A stretch of DNA of 62,990 bases, the filler included, from Platydemus manokwari (lineage: Eukaryota), in the NCBI GenBank assembly GCA_037951405.1. It is 6 parts of 6 records of this genome, joined end to end, with 100 filler letters (N's around TTAATTAATTAA, not from the genome) between each part and the next. Parts side by side here need not be neighbours in the genome. Positions count along the whole stretch, not along the records: positions 9,581 to 18,359 come from JBBMOY011351538.1; positions 18,460 to 27,663 come from JBBMOY011283539.1; 4 more parts are not named here. The stretch is one strand, 5' to 3'. The notes below the pieces were generated by a model that searched no databases, was not told the DNA's origin, and saw only the letters and a list, made by a program, of their open reading frames with translations. Every line of letters begins with the position of its first letter. Within the stretch, counting starts at the first letter, position 1. Below are positions 14,354 to 27,050 of the stretch, piece after piece. Made by a program: the position numbers and the translations under genes.

Positions 14354-14853
14354 AAGTGATTCCCAAACTTTTCGGGCGTACCGCCCCCGTTTCAGAATAA
14401 ATATTACTTAGTCCCCACTAGCCGACCCACACCAAATTTTTCTTTAACTTTTAGCAGCAATTTATAAAAAAATCTTAATGTTACTATCTTTTGTTACTTA
14501 ATTTTAACTTCTCGTAATATCACAAAAAACTAACCTTTTGTTTTAGTTTTATTTCAGTTAATCATTACGGGGAATCCCGGAAATACTACCGCTCTACTAC
14601 CAGACTTCGGCGTTGTAAGAGGCAATGCGTACAAGCAGTAGCATTGAGTGCGCGATTACACATACTTCAATAAAAATTAGTGAGAACGTACAGCACGTTG
14701 TTTAAAGACAAATTAAGCGTTTTGAGCAAACGAGATAGATCAAAATTTTTTATAATCATTTTCTTACATTCTCATAGTATTATCGCCCCCAAATGAAATT
14801 GTATTCACCACCGACTCTCTGGATTATAGCAGCGCTCACTTTGAGAATCACTG
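14354..14853. mobile_element. Non-autonomous hAT (Charlie-like) MITE, ~500 bp
   Basis: Imperfect terminal inverted repeats: left aagtgattcccaaactt, right cactttgagaatcactg (reverse complement cagtgattctcaaagtg). CAGTG...CAAA ends are typical of Charlie-type hAT. Interior is GC-richer than the flanks; no clean 8-bp TSD remains. Confidence 0.65.
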
Positions 14854-16238
14854 GCATAGACAATTCAAATATCTTGCTTTATTTTATATAAAATTACACG
14901 CGTACCGTACATACAATATCCATACATTGCATGCGTTTTTCCGTATGAAGATCTCTGAATTCCTAGTTCACATACTCGGACTGTATGAACTCACTCAGAT
15001 TAATTTAAGGGCAGAAATTCGAATTTAACCTATGCATTTTTATGTGTACCTATAATGTGGATCTCAGTCCATGCTTCTGGATCTAGAAAATGTTTAACAC
15101 ACACATATATTTATATCTGATCTATTTTAGTTGAATAGCTCATAATCATATTAATAATCTAACTAATATACAAATCAGTGCGTTCTTTTTCAATGACTTC
15201 AAATAATGATTTAATGAGTGGTTTTTTGAAAGAAGACAACTCATTCTAAAAATGAGACGATGCTATAAATATTTTAAGTTTTCTATGATAGATATTTTTT
15301 TATCAAAACCTGTGCTAATATCGAACATATTTCAATTTTATAATTGCGGTTCTTTTAATACAAATTTCACACATAGAGATGTAATTAAATTAAACTCCTT
15401 ATTTATCAATCTGTATTGATGATGCAAATGTATGTCAAGATATGTTTTTAGTGGAACTTTGGTTTGTAATTCAGGCTGAACATATTGATATATGTCTGAA
15501 ATCTTCGACTTTCTATGCCTGACGTAGTGCAAATAATAGAATTGAGCTGTTGTCTGTGAATTGCAATGGTTGATTTGATAATCTGAGATCATTATCGTTC
15601 ATGCAAACATATTTTCATGTGATTTGTCTGATATTAATTATATTTATTAAAATAAATGATATTAAATAATAATAATAATAACATGGTGATCGTAATTATT
15701 ATTAATATGAATGAATATTTTTGCATGCCATCAAAAGTTGTGTTGATTTAAAGTTACGATTTTTATTCCGGAAAATAGAATCAATTGGTTTTTCTAATTG
15801 ATATTCACCATGAAAATGAATTTGCATAGCACATTGATGTAATGTTTACAAAAATGACATTCATATCGAATTCAACTAGATACCCGAAATCATCATTGTA
15901 GACGATAGACCAAATTAAAATTGACATCAGTAAAATGTTATAAAATTATGATAGACAAGTGAAGATTAGATTGATAATATTATCATTTGCTAACTAACGA
16001 AAATTGTTCACGTCTATTAGAAGAGACACTGTGATGTGATTTTCTTATGAAAAATCTTATGATTAATGAAAATTTTTTTTAACCTTATTTTACAGTGTAC
16101 TTTCACTGTTTATCACACTACAGTTCACTTCATATTTTCGTCTTACAGAAACCATTCCCCAATCAAAATCAGTTGACATTTCTCTTTAGTACATGCCTTA
16201 CTATAAAGTCTGCAATAACGCAACGAAAAGGTCAGTAC

Positions 16239-17195
16239 ATGGAAAGTTTGCATTTTCAGTTACAAAAAGCTAGATCTGATTATCCATGGGGGTTTCGAAT
16301 TCAAGGCGGTCGAGATTTCAATAGGCCATTCGTTATTAGTCGAATAACATGCGATTCGGTTGCTGACTATCATGGATTAAGATCCGGTGATGAAATTGTC
16401 AGGATTAATGACCATGCTGCAAACTCACTGACGCACTATCAAGCTCAAGAATTGATCATTCAATCTGGGTGTGAATTAAGTTTAGATATTGTACGGGTAG
16501 TCACACAGAATTTGGAACAATATCTTCCCAATATTATTCAGCCACAAAAATTTCCTATTACAAAGAAGAAATTTCAGTCGACTCCCCGAATCGGTTATGC
16601 AACTAATATTCAAATTAGCCATTCTAATTACGATCTAACATTTCGAACACCACTTTGTAAATTATGTGGCAAAGAAATTCGAGGTCCTTTCATTATTGTT
16701 TTGGATTTCTGTTTCTGTCCAAATCATTTTAATTGTAACCTCTGCCATCGTAATCTATCGAAAGAGACATTCGTAGAAGTGGATGGTTTATTTTATTGTG
16801 AGAGCGATTATTCAAAATATCTCGCACCCAAATGCCGAAGATGTGCCGAATCGATTGTTGGAAATGAAATCACGGCAATGGAAGCCAATTGGCATTCGGA
16901 TTGTTTCAATTGTAATTGCTGCGGAAAGAATTTGAGTGATAAGCTATTCAAAATCGGAGACGACGGACTGGCGTATTGTTTGGAAGATTGGAATGAACTA
17001 TTTCAAGTCAAATGTGCTCGCTGTAAACAGACGATATCGGTTTTGGATAAATTCATAGAGTTGGAACAAAATGCTTATCATAGCAAATGTTTCTCGTGTT
17101 CAGCTTGTAGGATTTCTCTCGACGGAAAAGCTTTCCATAACAGAAATGGAAGACCATTCTGTAAAATTCATGCTTTTGCTGGTACCATGTATTAG
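16239..17195 (+). CDS. PDZ and LIM domain protein, Enigma/Zasp (PDLIM5/PDLIM7/LDB3-like) architecture, 318 aa, single coding exon
   Basis: N-terminal PDZ (PWGFRIQGGRDFNRPFVISRI...GLRSGDEIVRIN) plus three C-terminal LIM domains (CKLC...HFNCNLC...YCESD; CRRC...WHSDCFNCNCC...YCLED; CARC...YHSKCFSCSAC...FCKIH). The first ATG is at 16239; the ORF-track start at 16095 is a GTG. Confidence 0.92.
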   Translation: MESLHFQLQKARSDYPWGFRIQGGRDFNRPFVISRITCDSVADYHGLRSGDEIVRINDHAANSLTHYQAQELIIQSGCELSLDIVRVVTQNLEQYLPNIIQPQKFPITKKKFQSTPRIGYATNIQISHSNYDLTFRTPLCKLCGKEIRGPFIIVLDFCFCPNHFNCNLCHRNLSKETFVEVDGLFYCESDYSKYLAPKCRRCAESIVGNEITAMEANWHSDCFNCNCCGKNLSDKLFKIGDDGLAYCLEDWNELFQVKCARCKQTISVLDKFIELEQNAYHSKCFSCSACRISLDGKAFHNRNGRPFCKIHAFAGTMY

Positions 17196-18046
17196 TTTGT
17201 TTTGCGTATCAATGACGCAAAGAATCTCATTCATTTTCACTTCATGTGATTTCTTTCCATGTTTTTTTCTAACCGGACTTTGTAACTTATGAAAGAAGTA
17301 GATAGACTTAACCAGTTACAACTTTAGTATGACTTTCATTGTATTAGAATAAGAGGGACAACCTTCGAGAAAAACAATAAAAGTAGAATTTCTTATTTGT
17401 AAACTCTAATAAAAATATTTCGAAAAGATTATATTTTTAATATACACGATTATTGATAAATTCAAATTTTTCGATTAAATATACTTTTTTTTATAAAGAA
17501 TACTTATAATGCACTTGTCTATTTCTTATAACAAATCAATAATCATCAGTTCTGATTGAATCTCACTAGAAAATTATAAACAGTACAACTTATCAGATAA
17601 ATAATTAATTTCATTTACGGTGACTGAAAACAATTTCCATGGTAAAATTAATATAAAAATTGACCAATGAAAATTGTTCTCCATAAGATGACCTGAATTA
17701 TGAATGAGATCAATATGAAATTAATGTAAATGTTTAACCGTTCCAAATATATGTAAAATATTTTACAGAAAACTATCTCAATTGAAAAATTACGACAAAA
17801 ACCGGTAAATTTTATGTTCTCAATGTTAAATTATGAATTCTGTGATTTCGTTGCAAATTGTGGTGCATTTAATAATAATATTTTTCGACATATTCCCTCA
17901 CTGAAAAGAAGCTGCAGATTTACATATTTATAAATGAACCAATAGGGTTAGTGTTTGTCGACACACATACACACATTTAGCATATATATAATTACCGAGA
18001 AACAAATCAATATACTGCTTAACAGAATTTAGTCGTTCAAATTGAA

Positions 18047-18359
18047 ATGATAAGGATAAAATTTTTTTTCATGAAATGGAGTAGAAAATCAATTGGATGG
18101 CTGATTTTGTATATAATTTTCATTATTATTTCCCTGAAAATCGGATATTATTTGATCGGTAAAAATGGAATTAATGAAATCACAGTCAATTCAGACGACA
18201 GCTCTATACATGACGGTAATTTCGAGAATTTACAAAGTTGTCCCATTCCAGATTATGATGATTTTCAACGATATCCAAAAAATCGAACATTATTAACGGA
18301 TTTGAAATGTCCTATTCAAGATGATCTGGTGTCAGTGGAAAATGGTATTGTTTATTTAT
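18047..18359 (+). CDS. N-terminus of a type II membrane protein, probably DUF229 family; truncated by the spacer
   Basis: Basic N-terminus, hydrophobic helix IGWLILYIIFIIISLKIGYYLI, a stalk, then SCPIPDYD...LKCPIQDDLVSVENG. This resembles the C.IP..D...L.C.....V.VENG pattern I recall at the start of metazoan DUF229 proteins. Confidence 0.5.
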
Positions 18360-18459
18360 NNNNNNNNNNNNNNNNNNNNNNNNNNNNNNNNNNNNNNNNN
18401 NNNTTAATTAATTAANNNNNNNNNNNNNNNNNNNNNNNNNNNNNNNNNNNNNNNNNNNN
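18360..18459. other. Artificial contig spacer
   Basis: Same 44N-TTAATTAATTAA-44N structure. Confidence 0.97.
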
Positions 18460-19170
18460 ACCGGTAAATCAGCATTTAATATGATTGTGAAATTTATTAC
18501 CATTTTTAAATGGAAATTTGGTTTTGAAAGGTTGAATTGATTTATACCACTTTCATAATCAAAAGAATTTATTATGAAGTGTATAATATCAATGAAGAGA
18601 CAAATATTTATTCAAATACTGATATTATTTTATTAATTAAGAATAAATTAATATTTATAATCTTTATAACAAAATTTCTTCATGATTTCATCTTTTTGTA
18701 ATTTTTATCAAACATTTGAATAAACTTGATTAATTGAATTGTTTTAATGTAAAATATTTATTGTTGAGTTAAATATATTTTCTAACCTAATGCTCATTGT
18801 TAAGTTTTCATTTCTTACTATATATTATTAGCTATTTTATAGATTTGTATTTTGTTATTTTGTACTTGATTGTTGAAAGGCTATTTCACTCAGTTTTGGT
18901 ATCGTTAAATGTTTTATAAATTATGCTTTTATCATCATGGAAATTTGATAGCAAAATTTTTGAAAACACGTCCTTTTTTGTAAGCATGGTATATTAGTTT
19001 AAACCTTTACCATTCCTTGGAAATCAAATATTTAATTATGAATAACCTTTTGAACTATAATTATAGAGTGAGAACACCTTAGAGTTTTGATGAAATATAG
19101 TTTCTAAATGTTATAAATATGGTTTACTCTATTCATACAATAACATCACAAGTGTGTTTTTTATTTATAG

Positions 19171-20512
19171 ATGTGATAAAAAAGTAAATCAAACTGAAAG
19201 GTGCAATTTCGGAAGCATTTATATGTGCTATCAAGGTGGAAATCCACATGGTATGCAAGGTTGTCGTCGAACCTATTTGTCCCAGCGTGATTTGGATTCG
19301 CATATAAACCATCGTCACAATAAAACTGGTCAAGCTCCTAATCAACCAGCACCTAACCAATGCCCAATAATCCCATTACCAGTAACCAATCCGCTCAACA
19401 TGCTCCCCCCAAATTTTATTAATTCTTTTCCAAATCAATTCCAGCAGCATCATCTTCAATCTTTACTTCAACAGCAACAAATGCCATTAAATCAATTGCA
19501 AAATCAACAATTGGCTTCCATGTCTCATTCTCAGACAACTCATATGATGCCACCATTGGGAAATATGATGGCTCCTAATCAACAACCGATCAATCCTAAC
19601 CAGAATCAGATGCCTAATCAAAATTTCGGTTTACAAATGCCTCATCTAAATATGATGTCATGCAATATGAATCAAAATAGTATACCTATGATCAATCAGA
19701 ACTCTCAGGTTTATATCAATTATTATGGTTATATAATTATCTACATAATTGTTATGTTATATTAAAGATAATGTAAAAATATTCAATAAATGGGGGGGGG
19801 CTATGCTGATATAAAGTTAATATTTTTGTATAAATTATCTTCAGTTACCAGGGCACTGTTGGGAAGTATTTTTATATTTCTAAAGATTATCCCAAATTTC
19901 AATGTGATCATAACCCAGACTCGAGATGTATATGACAATCTCGAATTAAAATAGTCGAAAGATGTTATCTTCAGAATCAGTATTTTGAATTGAATATACT
20001 TGGTCATATTTTTACTTTTTGTAATGAAAATTAAATTATAGATAGAGAGATAGAGAGAGAGATAGATAGAGATAGTTGGATAGAGAGATAGATAAAATAT
20101 CCACTATTATCGTATTGCTATTGGAAATGTTTTTCAAAATTTGATTGAAAATTATTAGAATGTTAACGTTGGATCTTTAAACAACTCGTCGAATTCGTCA
20201 GTGACACAAATGGGTCCGAATAATAATTTGGTGCAAACAACTCTTTTCATGCATGGAGCTGGTCCGAACAATGCTAATAATCCTTTAATGATGGGAGCCT
20301 CTAATCCTGGTTTCAGTACTGCCAATGGTCCACCTTTAATGGCTCAATTGAGTAATTTAATTCAAGGAATGTCTCAACAGCAATCACAAGCTGGAAGACA
20401 ATATCATGATATGCAGAGACAATTTCAAAGACCATTGAAAAATCAACAACAAAATTGGTCTAATCAATCTTCACAGGGCCCACAAGGACAGCTTAATCAT
20501 TCTTCTAATTGA
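19171..20512 (+). CDS. CBLL1: E3 ubiquitin ligase Hakai (m6A writer complex subunit), last two exons (19171-19708, 20159-20512)
   Basis: CDKKVNQTERCNFGSIYMCYQGGNPHGMQGCRRTYLSQRDLDSHINHRH matches the Hakai zinc-finger motif GC(K/R)RTYLSQRDL.AHINHRH. Acceptor tttatag ends at 19170, donor CAG|gtttat at 19708, and acceptor attag at 20158 keeps the frame into ORF 20201-20512. RING-encoding 5' exons were not seen in this contig. Confidence 0.92.
20040..20093. repeat. Imperfect (GA)n/(GATA)n microsatellite in the Hakai intron
   Basis: gatagagagatagagagagagatagatagagatag... Confidence 0.85.
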
Positions 20513-21449
20513 TAAATTATTGTTCATGATTTTTGTAAAAGAAATTGAATTGGTTGTACAATTTTGTTTGATATTATTTTTCCATGTCGTCTATTTTTAG
20601 ATTTTCATCATTAATTTGAAATTTAATAAAATATTACCTATTTCCTATATTTACAATTAGTTTTACAAATCATTACTAATCGCAAATTTATTTTGATATT
20701 TAAATGTTTTTATAAACTAATTTCGTAAAAGCAAATCATGCTATAGGGATCTTGAAATTGTTAAAATGATTTTTTCTTATCTATTCTTATGCTATAAAAT
20801 GCATTAATAATTTATATTTATTCTTTATTTTCAGTATTTTATAAATGATGATACAATTGTATCCATATTTTTGTCAATATTTAGATAGGGAGTATAAAAT
20901 ATAGTTGGCCATTACTTATTTTCGGAGAAAATCCCAATCTAGATAACATCATTTTTTATATCTAAGAAAAATCGCAAGGCATATTTATACGTAGTTTTGA
21001 TTTTTTAACTAAGCAACTCGTTATGCAAGGAGAAAAAATGTCATTTTGCCAGTGCTAGTTTTATAAGGCAGTTATATTTTCAAGCGTCGATGCTAACAGC
21101 AACTTGAAATGATTCATCCCTTAAAATTTACCAAAATACCGCTGGTGAAATAAAATTCTAATAATTTATGAAAATATTTTTATCTGGATATTTCCATATG
21201 TAATGATAATTAAGCTAGTGATATTTTTATTTGTATTGGATCGGGAGGTGAATTTTTGTAATATTTAGATTTGATTCTCTGCTGTATTTTACACTAACTG
21301 CTCCAATTATTATAAGTTGATTTTATAGAAGTTATTCCAAATGATATCTTTATTTTTTACGGTTGCCACCGAAGCACATTTTCATTTAAGTTTGAAAATT
21401 TCATTAGTTTATTTATTGTTGGCTATAGAAAAATTAATAAGCTAGAGGT

Positions 21450-22830
21450 GCTGCAAAGTTTTTCGAGAATCGGGAACAAAGTCTGCAACGAGATTCCTAG
21501 GCAGTCAATGCAATCCGCAGAGACAGCTATGTTCTAGCTCTAAAAAACTAGAAGAGGAAAACCGGTGGAAAACCAGTATAAAAAAGAAAGCAATGAGTCA
21601 AGTAGATATAAACTATCAAAACACAGAATCCTGAACCAATTGCATGAGAACAGAAGTTCGCTTCAGGTAGAGAAAAGCCAGCGCACTCGATGAAATACAT
21701 GGCCAGGGAACTTTGCAATAAGTGTAGATGCATGTTAGAATCAAAGGAAGAACGCTTGCGCTGAGACAATTGTTTCTGCTATGGAGAAAAAGGACACCGC
21801 AGAAGCCAGTGTTCCCTAAGACACAAATGTTTAATATGTGGAAAAGAAGGCCATCATTTCAGATAGTTCCATTTAATACGAGGTACCAAACACAAAGTAG
21901 AAGATAGAATTCTATGTATTCAGGACGAGGCCGAGAAGGAATCTGATCTAATCGAAGATGCACGAGGTATAAGACCAAAAAAACCTACAACAACTCCATC
22001 AAATACATTTCGTCGGCAGGGTTGAATCAAAAGATAACAGGAAAATTCGAAATAGAACCAGATGTGAAGAGATTTTTAAGAAGAACGACGCCAGGGTGTT
22101 GAGTAACGTGATGATCAACGCATCTGAAGTAGAAATATTGTAGGATTCGAAGACTCAATGGAGTGACAGAAAAATTTAGTTTCCCTATGCCTGATATTCA
22201 TCAACGTCCAGACTGTTTTGCGGATGCTAAATATTTCTCCTCGATAGATTGAAGCAGGCTTATTACCAAGTCAAACTAAGTCCGAGATCCGAAGATTGCA
22301 CAGCTTTTAGCACAAGGATTGCCTATCTATCTACCGCAACTTTTCCAAACCCAATGGATAAACTGTTGGATGGATTAATCTTTAAGGCGTTGTGGTATAT
22401 TTAGATGATGTGATGACATACGGAAAAACTCACCAAGAGCATGACAATCTACTGGAGCCGTGTTTCGACGAATTCAAGGGTCGGGTCTGAAATTGAACAT
22501 GGAGAAATCTTGATGGAGAAAAAGGTGAGAAGAGATTTTTAGTCCACACAATCAGTTCCAAGGATACGTAGATTAATTTCGACAAAATCGAAAAGATATG
22601 AGATGCCCCATTACCACAGTGTACGACTAAACTGTGACCATTTTAGGGCTGACAAACTATTACAGGCGATTCATCAAGATTTATGCTGTAATAACAGCTC
22701 CATTATACGCTGTCATCGCCGGTGGAGATAAGAAATTGGAATGGTCAAAATCGTGTAAAACAAGTTTTTCAGCACTCTGTGAATCACCAATTCTGGATTA
22801 CCCAAGAGAAAATAGAATATTTGTTCAAAT
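21450..22830 (+). mobile_element. Decayed Ty3/Gypsy LTR retrotransposon (gag zinc knuckle + RT)
   Basis: CCHC knuckle CFCYGEKGHRRSQC (~21771-21812); RT FPMPDI...AKYFSSID (~22180-22250); YLDD at ~22398-22409; LGLTNYYRRFIKIYAVITAPL (ORF 22634). Frameshifts and stops throughout. Confidence 0.85.
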
Positions 22831-23759
22831 CTAATAACAAAAAATATCAAAAAGCCTATGTGACATGGCACACATGCATGCATAAAACGCAACTAAATAC
22901 GCACATGCATCGAGAAAAACAATTCTCAACTTTCAACTTGAATTCAACTGAATTGCTTCTTCTATAATAATCTCGGATAAAGGGGCTACCTACGCACTTG
23001 TGGTGTGGCGCTTATTTTAACATTGGATTATTTTGTGTTTTGTTATTTTTGTTTCTAAAAATAAATATTTATATCATCAATTATGATTTTCATTAAATAC
23101 TCTTATGCTACCTGAAAATCTATTAATGCTCTTTCATCAACAAATAATCCACTTACGACAATAATTCACTCATCAATAGTTCGTACAAACCTAATCATCA
23201 ACATTGTATACAAACACGATCAACATAAACAATTATAAAACAATGAACATTAAATTATCCCAAATCGAATTCTAAAATATCAAACCATACAGTTGAATCT
23301 CAATATTTTAATTCCAACCCAATCCAAATCCAAAAATCATTCCAAATTTCAACTCCAATCCCAACAGTGACAATTAATGGACTTTAATGCTTGCCTCTGA
23401 TAATTGTTTTTATCCTTATGATAAGATTAGTATGTGTTTTATTTTTTAATAATGTTGTGCTTCTTTGATCTTTATTATTATAATGGCTATTAGTTATTTT
23501 GATTATATAACGATTGACAGTGATTGTGACTAATAATAATAATAATAATAACAATGATGCGTTTTGGGCTTGCTTGTTTTGATTTTATTAATCTTATCTG
23601 TCTAAAAAATTATTTTATTGTTGACCACTGTTGTCTTAGTCAGTTGCTCGTGATTCTGATCAAGCCCTAAGTACGATCTATTAAACCTATTTATTTATTT
23701 CTTCGCCTCGCTTTTAATACTGTATGATGACAATATCAAACGGCAACAATTATCAATGA

Positions 23760-26217
23760 ATGAATTTTTTAAGAAATCTGAGAAATACTATTATTGATAT
23801 TATTAATGATGACGAAATCAACTCTAGACCACCTATTGATGATGTAATTAGTTGTTTCTCTCATGAAAAACCCAGCTCAACCATATGGGATTATAATAAT
23901 GGGTATTGTAAAACTGCCATTGACAAATTAGAGTTGGAACCCATTCATCCGAGTGAAGTTCTCTCTATTTTTAAATCCACAGATAATATCTCACCTGGGG
24001 GTGACAAAATTACATATCGTGACCTTTCACTTTTAGACCCTGAAGATATCCTTTTAACTCATCTTTTTAATAAAGTCATTTTGACTCATAAACTTCCAGA
24101 CGATTGGCGAAAGTTTAAGACAACCCTCATCCCAAAACCAGGTAGATGGCCAGTATTAGAGCATTGGATTAGAGATAATAACTTGCTCAACAGGGGTCAA
24201 AAAGGTGGCTCTAAATATGAGGGTTGTATTGAACACAACGCCATTCTCAATGCTGCTTTTGAACATTCAAAATATACTCGACACTTGTCAGTTTTTGTTG
24301 CTTGACTTGACATTGCAAATGCTTTTCCCAATGTCCGACATAAATACCTATGGGGTCTGCTGCGTTTAATAGGTGTAAATGACTCTTTTGTCGATATTCT
24401 TGAATTGTTCTATACAGATATAAGTTCATTTTATGTTTGTGGACCTATTACTACACCGGACTTGCCTATTCAAAGAGGAGTCAAACAGGACTGTCCTATA
24501 TCGATGACTCTGTCTACTTTGGTAATTAATCCAGTACTTGAAGCCATTGAAATTTTATCAGTTCCTAATTTCTCAATAGGAATTAGCTCTGTTTAGGTTC
24601 TAGCTTACGCTGATGATATTTCTTTGATTGCCAATAATACTCCTGATCTCAAAAAACTAATCGATAAAGCTGTTGAGATAACTGAATGGGCTGGTTTACA
24701 ATACCACCCAGACAAATGTGCTTTCATAAGTTTACCACGCGAAAACACTAATGATGCAATATCTATTAATAATGTAAACATTAAAAGATTACTAAAGAAT
24801 TTTACATGTATCTTGGTGTTCCTGTTGGGGATAAAAATGACCAATCTCCTTACGAGAATTTGAACAAACTGGTAATTGATCTTGCTAAAATAGTCAATTC
24901 TGATTTATGGGATTGGTAAAATCGTATAGAATTTTCCTGCACTCTAGACTTGTATATGCGTTTAGAAGCAGAGAAATCAAAATTTCTTCTTTGAAAGAGA
25001 AAAGTAGTAAAATAAAAGCTCACATGAAGAAATTACTTCACTTACCAAATTAAGCTGAAAGCTGCTATCTTTATTCATCGATAGTAAATGGTGATGTCAG
25101 ACTTACTGGATTGATTGATGAATATCACTCTCAATGCATTGTTCAAGCATTTCGTCTTTTAAATTCTGATTGTCCAGTGACTAAGAGAATTATTTCTGAT
25201 TCACTTTGCTTTGTTTCTTCTACAAGACTTCGTAATGAGAATCCATCAATCGGTGAAAGCTTTGAATGGATCAATGGTAAAAAATCTATAGAAAACTCTG
25301 CTTCTAAAAAGACTTGGTGGATACGTGTTATCAATGCTGTGAAATACTTTCAAAATACTCACAAAATTAGCTTGATTTCTGAATTTGTTAAAGATGAAAC
25401 TTACTTGAGGATAACATCTGATTTTTCCGGTACTTACACCTTTGGTTCTAGTAAACTAAAACAACTATCTCCTGTTTTACACAAATTGATTCAGGAATCT
25501 TATTCTTCAAGATTGCTTGATAATAAACGCAGTAATTTTATTGCAGATACAATTAAGCTATCTCCACGAATTAATAAGATGATTTTTCGTAGTGACCTCA
25601 AATCTTTTGCTTTGGAATTCATTCATCGAGCTAGAACAAATACTCTAGCAATTAATGCATCGACTTGGAAGACAAATGAGGAAAGCCAAAAGTGCTGACG
25701 TTGTCATAATTTCCCTGAAACCATGGCACATGTACTACAGTGTTGCAATCCGAACAAAAAGCTACAAACTGCTCGCCATGATGCATGCCTGAACAAAATT
25801 GTTGTCTGTCTTCGATCAAAAAATATTATTGTAGTAATAATCCAAATGTGCTCACTGTAACCGGATAGATAAGAGCCCATCGATTTATTGATCACTGATG
25901 TAGAGCGAAAAAAGATCTTTCTGGTAGACATGAAATGTCCGATTGACACACTAATAAATTTCGAGGAGTCAAACAAAAATAATGTAATTCATTATACCGA
26001 TTTTAGAAATGTGCTAGCCAAATTGAAACCAGATTTCAATATTGAGCTTTTCACGTGCATTATAGGCTCACTCGGTATAGTTCTGGCCTCAACAGTAACA
26101 ATTTTGGCGAAAATTGGCGTGCCGAAGAATAAAATCCGAAACCTGGTCAACGAATGCGCAATTTCAAATATTGAATTTTCGGCAAAATCTGGCAATTTCA
26201 CTCGACCAGTGTTTTGA
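23760..26217 (+). mobile_element. Degenerate non-LTR retrotransposon with a restriction-like endonuclease (NeSL/R2/R4-like)
   Basis: RT motifs SPGGDKITY, TTLIPKPG, QKG...GCIEH, LDIANAF, GVKQDCPIS and LAYADD (~24600-24618). CCHC region C*RCHNFPETMAHVLQCC, then RHDACL, then RLE motifs DLLITDVERKKIFLVDMKCP and IIGSLG. Several stops and frameshifts, and an internal deletion removing the RPI motif. Confidence 0.9.
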
Positions 26218-26419
26218 TAGATTTTATCTAACACAACATAGAATCAAACAATTCCAACCCAACGAAAAGCCGAGATGAATGAATGAAAAGGCAAAATTGA
26301 CTTCATGAATCCAAGCTTTCAAACTCAAACAGGTCACAATCAATCCAATAAACAAAACCAATTTCTATTTAAATAAATCTCGTAACAACATCTCCTATTT
26401 TAATTTCTCGATTACACCT

Positions 26420-27050
26420 ATTTATGTTTGTGACTTTGAAGCACCTTTCTAATTCCTCTAACAATATCAAACACATTTAGAATATTTCGTCCAACATGTC
26501 CCATATACTGGTCTGTTATTTCAAAGCCGTAACGAGATACATATTCAAAAGATATTCCAAAAATAAATTTTAGAATATCTTCCACAAACTATTTGATGTG
26601 AAGAAAATTCTAAATTTTTCTGAGTACTATTACTGGTTCCATACAGACTCCAATCGTCTACCCGTCTCCATACCATTACTGTCATTATCATAGATTTTCC
26701 AGACCTAAATATGCATCAATTGTGTAGATCACATATTTACTCCAATATTCCTTTTATAAGATATCTAGTCACTACCTTTTGATATATGGGTGGTGCTCCA
26801 CAATGTCTAAACAGTATTCGATTGAATTTAAATGTCTCATATCTTGTGACCATACTTGTTTTCTGGTGTTTTTCTTGAGCGATTGTGATTTGATAACACC
26901 TACAAGACAGATCCAGAGACTTACAATTTCTCTGCTAACGAAATGAGAAGAATAGGTCATAGTGTTTTGGCATTTACTGCTCGATAATCAACGCACATTC
27001 TATTGGTACTAATTTTATTTTTCATCACTATGTTTGGAACAGTTTCACAA
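26420..27050 (-). mobile_element. Decayed retroelement integrase remnant (Gypsy-like)
   Basis: The minus strand shows a C..C-like segment followed by an LDIV-like integrase core start (~26800-26920). Heavily frameshifted. Confidence 0.35.

Noticed and set aside
15338-15592. 84-aa minus-strand ORF upstream of the PDZ-LIM gene
   Set aside because: No motif or splice support; could be chance.
16095-16238. 48-aa N-terminal extension of the PDZ-LIM ORF
   Set aside because: It starts at GTG; PDLIM proteins begin right at the PDZ domain, so this is probably 5' UTR.
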